Source: a virus. From it: 64,000 nt of DNA. The notes under the pieces are model-generated. The model worked only from the letters and a program-made list of their open reading frames with translations, did no database searches and was not told the origin of the DNA. The position numbers and the translations under genes are program-made. Shown piece by piece: positions 54,968 to 61,536 of the stretch. Each line of letters begins with the position of its first letter. Position 1 is the stretch's first letter. The stretch lies in the IMG/VR virus record IMGVR_UViG_3300031227_000013. One strand, written 5' to 3'.

Positions 54968-56860
54968 TTATACTCCGCCTGGAGGGATTTGTCCCTGCCT
55001 GGTTAGATTGACTCCGGTCTGAGCAGCCTGTTGTTCAAGCTCCTTAAGTTTAGATGTCACCATAGCATGGAGAGCATCGTCCGAATGTTTAAGATTAACC
55101 AACTCACTTCTTCGTGTAGTCGGATCCATTGTTAATATTTGCTGAGCGATCTGTTCTGCCTGTATCGCCATTTCATCTAGAGACTGAGGTCCACCCATAG
55201 GGGTAGGTCCTGCTCCCATAGGCATAGCTCCACCCATCTGGGATTCACCTGGCATCGGCATAGACATCCCACCCGGAGCCGGTCCACCCATAGAAGCCAT
55301 ATCCATCGGCATTCCCGGAGGAGGCATTCCACCCATTCCACCCGGTGCAGGTGCGGGCTGATCCATCATAGCCTGCCCCTCTTGATCTTTACCTGTACTT
55401 CTGGCAAGATCTGCAGCCTTCTCGTCGAACATCTGCTGTTCCAGAAGAATCTTATCGACTTCGTATTCGTAATCGATATTGAAAGCACTGAGGGCTGTCT
55501 GATTGGATACTTTGTTAGCACCCAGTAAATTTAGTTTGGTCTGTCTGACAAGATCATCTTCCAATACTGATGTTCTGGTAAGTTCTGCTCCAAGATCCTC
55601 CCACATCAGATGTTTACTGCATTGTCCCATCATCCAGTCCAGCCAGTTATTCATCTGCGAGATAAAATGTATCCAAGTTCTTTCGAACATTCTGAGACCT
55701 ATTGGAGGTCCTCCCTGTACAAGGTTACCTGAATAGAATTCCTGAGGTATCCCCATTGAATTAAGAAGTTCGTCCAGAGCAAGCTGAAGAAGTTCTGTAG
55801 GTGCCAGATTCTTAGCCTCTCCACCCAGAGCCTGATATTCCACAGGGTATGGGATCGAGTGTATAGCTGTAGGATCCTTGCGATGCTGTTTTATCATCCC
55901 TTCGACAGAACGCATGAAGCGTCCGCTGTCGATAGTCAATAAAGGGTCGTTACCCGGGCCACTGCCTTTACGGGTACCCGGAGAAATAAATCTAAAAGGA
56001 ACGATCATATCCATGGCGATGGCTTCGTTGTACTTAGTAAGCATCTGCAGATGGATGACCTGTTCGAAATTGGAAAGGAACGGAGGAAGTCCCCAGCCGT
56101 TCATCTTTGTAGTAAGAGAAGCTGCGGCCTCGCATTTGATATGATAGATCTCGCCCTTCTTGAACATAAACTTTTCGTCTTTAGCGATAGCATCCAGTAT
56201 CTCCCATGGAGTATGTTCCAGATACATCTTATTACCGCTTGTAATGTATCCTCTGACCTTACTCTGCGGTTCGTAGTAATATCTGGTCTCTCCGCTGATA
56301 TCGTGGTACTCCAACTCTATTGATCGTGGGTTCCAGCGGGTTATTCTGAGGTCGTCCTGTTCGTTAGGTATATCCTTGACAAGGAACTTACCCTTCTTAT
56401 TACACTTAGGGCAGGGGCCTTCGAAGCCGAAATCAGCCCACTCGTACTTTACCTGCTCTATAGGATGCATTGTCTTACAGTTTTTACATATAAGATTACG
56501 ATTGAAAGGTCTGTATACAGAAGTGAATGAATTACCGTATGCCATGAGATCGTCCCCCATAAGGGACATGACATCCAGAATGTGTAGATTGTCTGTAAGG
56601 AACTCCGCATACTTCTTCTTGATATTAAAATCGGAAGTACCTGTTATCTCTACTTTTGTAATGAAGTAGCGAACAGCCCGCTGGATGGCTTTGGAATATA
56701 CTCCCTGATGGAGCCATAGATATTCCGCCCAGTTGAATACTTCTTTTAGATTCCTCGGGTAATGAGCTCTGGCATATGTAGCGAAAGGACTGCCGAAGTC
56801 TTTCTGTCCGATAATATCCTGTGTAAGACTGAAAGGATTGGATTGTGAATAGTTAGCCAT
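54968..56860 (-). CDS. Portal protein with a CxxC..CxxC insertion and Met/Pro/Gly-rich C-terminal tail
   Basis: 630 aa; WNPRSIEL, IYHIK, GWGLPPF, IVPFRFIS, LLNSMGIPQE pattern; CKNC/CPKC; upstream of head genes. Confidence 0.75.
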   Translation of the reverse strand: MANYSQSNPFSLTQDIIGQKDFGSPFATYARAHYPRNLKEVFNWAEYLWLHQGVYSKAIQRAVRYFITKVEITGTSDFNIKKKYAEFLTDNLHILDVMSLMGDDLMAYGNSFTSVYRPFNRNLICKNCKTMHPIEQVKYEWADFGFEGPCPKCNKKGKFLVKDIPNEQDDLRITRWNPRSIELEYHDISGETRYYYEPQSKVRGYITSGNKMYLEHTPWEILDAIAKDEKFMFKKGEIYHIKCEAAASLTTKMNGWGLPPFLSNFEQVIHLQMLTKYNEAIAMDMIVPFRFISPGTRKGSGPGNDPLLTIDSGRFMRSVEGMIKQHRKDPTAIHSIPYPVEYQALGGEAKNLAPTELLQLALDELLNSMGIPQEFYSGNLVQGGPPIGLRMFERTWIHFISQMNNWLDWMMGQCSKHLMWEDLGAELTRTSVLEDDLVRQTKLNLLGANKVSNQTALSAFNIDYEYEVDKILLEQQMFDEKAADLARSTGKDQEGQAMMDQPAPAPGGMGGMPPPGMPMDMASMGGPAPGGMSMPMPGESQMGGAMPMGAGPTPMGGPQSLDEMAIQAEQIAQQILTMDPTTRRSELVNLKHSDDALHAMVTSKLKELEQQAAQTGVNLTRQGQIPPGGV

Positions 56861-57081
56861 TATAGTCCCTCTTTGATGATAGATGCGGCTGTGTCTATAC
56901 AGGATCTTAAAGTATCCGGCAGTTCAACAGCTTCGGAGGCAGTCTTCATCTCTCTCTTGTTATAAGATAAAAGTTCCTTACAGAGGGAACAGTAGTCTGT
57001 CCCGTCTGCGACGGTATTACTACAATGCAGACATACTCTGCGTTCATCGTTCTCTTTAGCTATCATTTTTTCCATCCACAA
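56860..57081 (-). CDS. Small zinc-finger protein with MKTAS motif
   Basis: CLHC..CSLC; TAATG-coupled to portal. Confidence 0.6.
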   Translation of the reverse strand: MWMEKMIAKENDERRVCLHCSNTVADGTDYCSLCKELLSYNKREMKTASEAVELPDTLRSCIDTAASIIKEGL

Positions 57082-57718
57082 GTAAAACTGTTACTTTCTT
57101 AGTTGTATCCGGGAACATAAAAGATATTCCAACCGAATACGCTCTTACTGTATTATTGTCGAACTCGACATCAAAACCTACATCGTTCCGCGGCGGGCTG
57201 TATAGCATAACCGATCCATCTGTTTCCGCTATCAGAACAAGTGTTATTCCGGAAAAGAATACTTTCTCGTACGGCACTGTCGTTTCTCCGAAATCTCCCG
57301 AGAATGTCACCATCGTTACAGGAACATACTTCTCTACCGGTATATCTTTCTTCTTAGACGTTCTCTTTCTCTTCTTAGTGACAGGCTCTTCTACAACAGC
57401 CTCTGTTGGAGAAAGAATCTCCTCCGCCTCGTGGACACCTCTATCAGGAGCAGTAGAGCTATCCGGCGGAGGAGATAAAAAATTAACCTCTGGAACAGTG
57501 TCTTCTCCTGTCTTCTCGACTCCGTCCTTATCCATATTAAATTTCTGTACTGTTACTTCGGGATACTTCATATATTCTCCCGGGCCTCCAAATCCTCCGA
57601 GGCCTGATGTTTCCGGAAGTACTGTACGTCCCATATCCCCTGATTCATATTTTCCAGGGGTACTGGACTGCTCTTTGAACACACCGCTCCTGTTAGTCTG
57701 TACAAAATCTCCTGACAT
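57056..57718 (-). CDS. Hypothetical protein
   Basis: 220-aa ORF with CAGGAG RBS. Confidence 0.6.
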   Translation of the reverse strand: MSGDFVQTNRSGVFKEQSSTPGKYESGDMGRTVLPETSGLGGFGGPGEYMKYPEVTVQKFNMDKDGVEKTGEDTVPEVNFLSPPPDSSTAPDRGVHEAEEILSPTEAVVEEPVTKKRKRTSKKKDIPVEKYVPVTMVTFSGDFGETTVPYEKVFFSGITLVLIAETDGSVMLYSPPRNDVGFDVEFDNNTVRAYSVGISFMFPDTTKKVTVLLVDGKNDS

Positions 57719-57736
57719 ATTAATCTCCTGTTATTT

Positions 57737-58258
57737 TTAGTACTTCTTCAATTCCCATGGATTAGGTTTAAAGTTAGCCTCTCCTATATCAAAATCTATA
57801 GGCCCATCTGTACTTGCTCTGAATCTATTTTGATATGAAGGTTCATCTTTATATTGTCTGTTAGGTAGCATATCCAGAGGTCTCTGACGGGGATTAAAAG
57901 CTCCATACTGCTGATTAGCGTCTGGGGCTTTAGTCTTACCTGCTATAAGTTTATTGATCCATTTGTACATCTCAGGGCTGTAGAATCCACCGAGACCGCC
58001 TAAACCTGCTCCAGCCAAGGCTCCCTTCATTCCGCCCATAGCGTAACCACCGAGACCACCTGCTACTGCGCCTCCAGCTCCTAGAAGCATCTTCTTGTAT
58101 TTAGGATCGGCCCATATCTTCTCTAGAAACTTCATATCCAGAGCCAGCTTTTCTGTAGCTTCTTTATCGAGTGCCCCGGGTTCCCCATAGTGCTCTCTGT
58201 ATATAACTAGAGCTTCTTTAGGGTTGTGGTATGCGAAGTAAAACGCTGTCTTATTCAT
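57737..58258 (-). CDS. Leader-tagged glycine-zipper protein (MNKTAFYFAY..DKEA.EKLA)
   Basis: GAGGAVAGGLGGYAMGGMKGALAGAGLGGLGG. Confidence 0.7.
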   Translation of the reverse strand: MNKTAFYFAYHNPKEALVIYREHYGEPGALDKEATEKLALDMKFLEKIWADPKYKKMLLGAGGAVAGGLGGYAMGGMKGALAGAGLGGLGGFYSPEMYKWINKLIAGKTKAPDANQQYGAFNPRQRPLDMLPNRQYKDEPSYQNRFRASTDGPIDFDIGEANFKPNPWELKKY

Positions 58259-58415
58259 CTTTTATATCCTTTATAGTAGTATCATTGTAATAAGGCATTG
58301 TCGGTAAAGTGCCTTCTTCGAACTGTCTTAGTATCTCCAGAGCTTCCTCTGGTAATTCGAACAGACTATACGGGTCTTTCGGTATAGTCTGTTTAGCTAT
58401 CTTTTCTTCAGACAT
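58251..58415 (-). CDS. 54-aa ORF missing from the track (MSEEKIAKQTIPKDP..)
   Basis: Manual translation; coupled to both neighbours. Confidence 0.55.
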   Translation of the reverse strand: MSEEKIAKQTIPKDPYSLFELPEEALEILRQFEEGTLPTMPYYNDTTIKDIKDE

Positions 58416-58915
58416 TATTTCTTTTCAGCATCTATGCTTTTCTTAACAGCGTATCCGACACCTGCAGCTGGAGCTGCTACTGCTGTACCACCTACCAGTT
58501 GTCTAATTAACTTGTCTTTATTAAATTTCTTAGGTTCGGCAGATACAGCTTTAGTTTTATTTAATTTATCAAGTACAATCTTTAAATCATTTTTAACTGC
58601 ATTAGCGGCTCCCCTTCCAACAGCTATAGGAGCATCTATCAATGCTTTCTTAGTTCCTTGGACTGCTGCATTGACTCCCTTACCTACCTGTTTTCCACTA
58701 TTCAAAGCTAACTTCCCACTTTTGAGAGCTCCTTTACCCGCTAATTTCCCACTTTTTAAGCCTAGTTTCCCGCCTCCTATAATAGCGCCCCCCAGCCCTT
58801 CCAATGCCAGACCTCCAGCCTTAAAAGGAATTTTAGCGACATCTGTAATGAGTCCAGATTCTTTGGTAAGGTTATCAAGCTCCATATATCCCGTATAAAA
58901 TGCTATCTTATCCAT
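58415..58915 (-). CDS. Leader-tagged Gly/Lys-rich protein (MDKIAFYTGYME..TKES)
   Basis: Direct reading; GKLALKS-like repeats; C-terminal hydrophobic segment. Confidence 0.7.
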   Translation of the reverse strand: MDKIAFYTGYMELDNLTKESGLITDVAKIPFKAGGLALEGLGGAIIGGGKLGLKSGKLAGKGALKSGKLALNSGKQVGKGVNAAVQGTKKALIDAPIAVGRGAANAVKNDLKIVLDKLNKTKAVSAEPKKFNKDKLIRQLVGGTAVAAPAAGVGYAVKKSIDAEKK

Positions 58916-59229
58916 TATTTATCCTTATCTTTCTTCTTCCCTTTAGTTGCCTGAGCAATACCTGCACCAGCTGCTACTACTCCTGCACCAGTACCATATC
59001 TAACTAACTTCTGCATGTCTTCTGCATTAGCTACATCTGCACCTGCTTGTGTTAAAACAGGCGGGGGCACATATCTTCCTGTAACGGCCTTAATCTTTTC
59101 TAGAGCTTCTCTCAATTTATTAACGTTAGCATTGCCCATATGTTTTGCATAGCTTTTAGCCATCTGTATAGGCCCGGCTTCTTTTTCGATGACATCCATA
59201 TATCCTGTGTAAAATGCTATCTTATTCAT
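58915..59229 (-). CDS. Leader-tagged small protein (MNKIAFYTGYMDVIEKEA)
   Basis: Direct reading; C-terminal hydrophobic segment. Confidence 0.7.
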   Translation of the reverse strand: MNKIAFYTGYMDVIEKEAGPIQMAKSYAKHMGNANVNKLREALEKIKAVTGRYVPPPVLTQAGADVANAEDMQKLVRYGTGAGVVAAGAGIAQATKGKKKDKDK

Positions 59230-59313
59230 TTCTTATCCTTTAAATTTAATAATTGCTGTTGATATAATATACCTGTTAATTTATTCGTATACAATATTTA
59301 TTGTGTTACAGTT

Positions 59314-59339
59314 AAAAGAAAGTCGTTAAACTTTCTTTT
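59314..59339. terminator. Probable bidirectional terminator hairpin
   Basis: AAAAGAAAGT-CGTTAA-ACTTTCTTTT. Confidence 0.55.
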
Positions 59340-59499
59340 TATAGATTCTTCTGTACTTATCAAGTATCTCTTTTACTTTCGGATCGTAAGGGCAGGGCTG
59401 TCCCGTCAGTTGTCTACGTCCTTTATCGCTTACAGATTTAACAGCAGATCCTTTGTAAGGGCCTGTTCCGTCTCTAACTCCTCGTATTGCATTACTCAT
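59326..59499 (-). CDS. 57-aa ORF missing from the track (MSNAIRGVRDGTGPYKG..)
   Basis: Manual translation; AGGT RBS-like sequence. Confidence 0.5.
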   Translation of the reverse strand: MSNAIRGVRDGTGPYKGSAVKSVSDKGRRQLTGQPCPYDPKVKEILDKYRRIYKKKV

Positions 59500-59515
59500 T
59501 TTCTTACCTTTAGTT

Positions 59516-59539
59516 AAAAGAAGGGGTTATACCCCTTCT
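59516..59539 (-). terminator. Intrinsic terminator ending the accessory island
   Basis: AGAAGGGG-TATAA-CCCCTTCT plus TTTT. Confidence 0.8.
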
Positions 59540-59541
59540 GT

Positions 59542-60471
59542 TTATTTATCTCTGGACATATACTTCGATGCTTCTTTCAAATTATCGAAGTATACAGCCC
59601 CATTATTCTTCACCATAGTAGCTACAGCCCCAAGAGACTTCAACTGACCCTCTGTGAACTTCCGGTCACCATCCTCTGTTAATATTACCAGAACTGTTCT
59701 GTCGGGACGTTTGTTGCTGTCATCAACTACTTCAGCAACAGCATAAGAACCTGTCATCTTAGGAGTTATTGTATACAAGCAGTAGTCACATATTTCTCTC
59801 TGCTTCAATTCCTCCCGCATACATTCAAGTGTCCCGTCGTCTTCGACCACCGGATTATAATAATCCAGCCCGTCCTCACTAAGATGTATCATCATTCTAT
59901 TCCGCCAGGTACTTTCGTTACAAGTACCTCCTAGAAATACATGCTTCTTAACATGTACTACAGCCCCGGCACCTATTATAACTCCGGCACCTACTTCAGC
60001 CCCTTCCTGTATTATAGCTCCTATACCTATTTCAGCCTTCTTACCTATTATAGCTTTGGAATGTACTACAGCCCTAGCTATTATAACTCCCTCGTGTACG
60101 ACAGCTCCGTCACCTACTATAGTCTCCGCAAGTATTTCAGACCCCGCACCTATTTTAGCCTCTGCGTATATTTTAGACTTAGCATTTATTATAGCTCCGT
60201 CACCTACTATAGCTCCGGTACCTACTATAGCTCCGGTATATATTATAGCCCCGTTACATATTTTAGCCTCAGAAGCTATTTCAGCCCCCGCATACACTAT
60301 AGCCCCTTTACATATTTTAGCTTTAGAATGTATTATAGCTTTAGAATGTATTATAGTATGAGCGCCTATCTCAACCCCTTCATGTATTTCAGCTCCTTCT
60401 TCTATCAGGGCTGTTTTATGTATTATAGCTCCTTTGTATATTCTTCTAGCTTCCTCTATTGGTAGAATCAT
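59542..60471 (-). CDS. Hexapeptide-repeat left-handed beta-helix fused to a nucleoside 2-deoxyribosyltransferase-like domain
   Basis: AIIxxGAxI repeats; VFLGGTCNESTWR, YYNPVV, LYTITPKMTGSYAVAEV; GGAG RBS before 60471. Confidence 0.75.
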   Translation of the reverse strand: MILPIEEARRIYKGAIIHKTALIEEGAEIHEGVEIGAHTIIHSKAIIHSKAKICKGAIVYAGAEIASEAKICNGAIIYTGAIVGTGAIVGDGAIINAKSKIYAEAKIGAGSEILAETIVGDGAVVHEGVIIARAVVHSKAIIGKKAEIGIGAIIQEGAEVGAGVIIGAGAVVHVKKHVFLGGTCNESTWRNRMMIHLSEDGLDYYNPVVEDDGTLECMREELKQREICDYCLYTITPKMTGSYAVAEVVDDSNKRPDRTVLVILTEDGDRKFTEGQLKSLGAVATMVKNNGAVYFDNLKEASKYMSRDK

Positions 60472-60494
60472 ATTTTCTCCTTTCATATTCTCAA

Positions 60495-60761
60495 TTAACA
60501 AACAGATGCGTTAACAACACATTGTACCGGAGTTTCTTCGAGCTCGATAAGCTCTATATGTCCATTACACATATACACGGTACCGCATCCCATGCACTTT
60601 ACGTTATAAGCAAAATCGGCGTCTATATGACAAGAAGCGCCGCATTTACAATGGATATCCATACAGACATCTGTACCTTTCCATTGTATCCAACCGTGTG
60701 GCTTATCTTTGTACATCTCCTGCATATCCCATGCTTCTTTAGCATTCTTTGCTTTCTTCAT
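60495..60761 (-). CDS. Small Cys-rich (zinc-binding) protein
   Basis: WIQWKGTDVCMDIHCKCG..KCMGCG. Confidence 0.65.
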   Translation of the reverse strand: MKKAKNAKEAWDMQEMYKDKPHGWIQWKGTDVCMDIHCKCGASCHIDADFAYNVKCMGCGTVYMCNGHIELIELEETPVQCVVNASVC

Positions 60762-60999
60762 AATCCCTCTCCTTTATAAGTTTTTTGTTGCATTCTACAC
60801 TATAATCGAAACTTTTAATGTTAATTGAAAAACTACAATCTTTAAAAGTATATATGCGTCCCTCAGTTTCTATTTTAATAGTATTGAGTATTCCGCTAAA
60901 TTCGGCAAATGTAAGAGATTCACAAGAACTTCCCGGTTCAAATGATATCATTTTCCCAGCTACTTCTGTATCATTTCCTATCTTTAATTTATCTTTCAT
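60739..60999 (-). CDS. Hypothetical protein
   Basis: First gene after promoter copy 3; GGAGGAG RBS. Confidence 0.55.
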   Translation of the reverse strand: MKDKLKIGNDTEVAGKMISFEPGSSCESLTFAEFSGILNTIKIETEGRIYTFKDCSFSINIKSFDYSVECNKKLIKERDYEESKEC

Positions 61000-61018
61000 A
61001 CTCCTCCTTTAAATTAGA

Positions 61019-61046
61019 GTTATATATTTCTAGTATATAATGCCAA
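61019..61046 (-). promoter_or_regulatory. Conserved promoter-like motif, copy 3
   Basis: Identical to 27148-27175; about 60 nt of flank near-identical to 45019-45082. Confidence 0.7.
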
Positions 61047-61056
61047 TAAAAGGAGA

Positions 61057-61536
61057 TTAATTAAGCTTCTCCTGTGTTATCTTGCTCTGCTTGTTCTTAG
61101 GAAGTTTCTTCTCGATACGGAAGCTTAGAAGCTTTCGACCGTTGACTGTGGGCTGTCCCAGTTCGTCTGTCCCTATATCTTTAACTTCCATCCGTTTGTT
61201 CTTGAACCTTCCGCCTAAAAGAATATCTCCTTTATTTATATCCAGGTCCAAAGCAGTCTTACCTATATATCCCATGTAGTATGCTGTCTTGTGCATAGAT
61301 CCTATCTTTCTGAGTTTGGATAAAGCGTCTGTATCGAATCCTACTGTAGTCTCCGCAAGATACTTGAGTCCTTCTCTGGTCTTGAAGAAGTCGTAGGGTA
61401 TAACAGCCCTAAGAGCCTCTTTAGCTTTACGAGCCTTAGCACTCCTACTCTGCAGCTGGGACATAGTAAGTCCCGTAGCTCTGGCATAGTCGTGTATGTT
61501 TCCTGCGAAGTTACGGAAGGAGGCTGTCTTGTTCAT
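61057..61536 (-). CDS. MNKTA-starting protein with a second internal leader (MHKTAYYMGYIGKTA) before a C-terminal beta domain
   Basis: Direct reading; C-terminal INKGDILLGGRFKNKRMEVKDIGTDELGQPTVNG. Confidence 0.7.
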   Translation of the reverse strand: MNKTASFRNFAGNIHDYARATGLTMSQLQSRSAKARKAKEALRAVIPYDFFKTREGLKYLAETTVGFDTDALSKLRKIGSMHKTAYYMGYIGKTALDLDINKGDILLGGRFKNKRMEVKDIGTDELGQPTVNGRKLLSFRIEKKLPKNKQSKITQEKLN

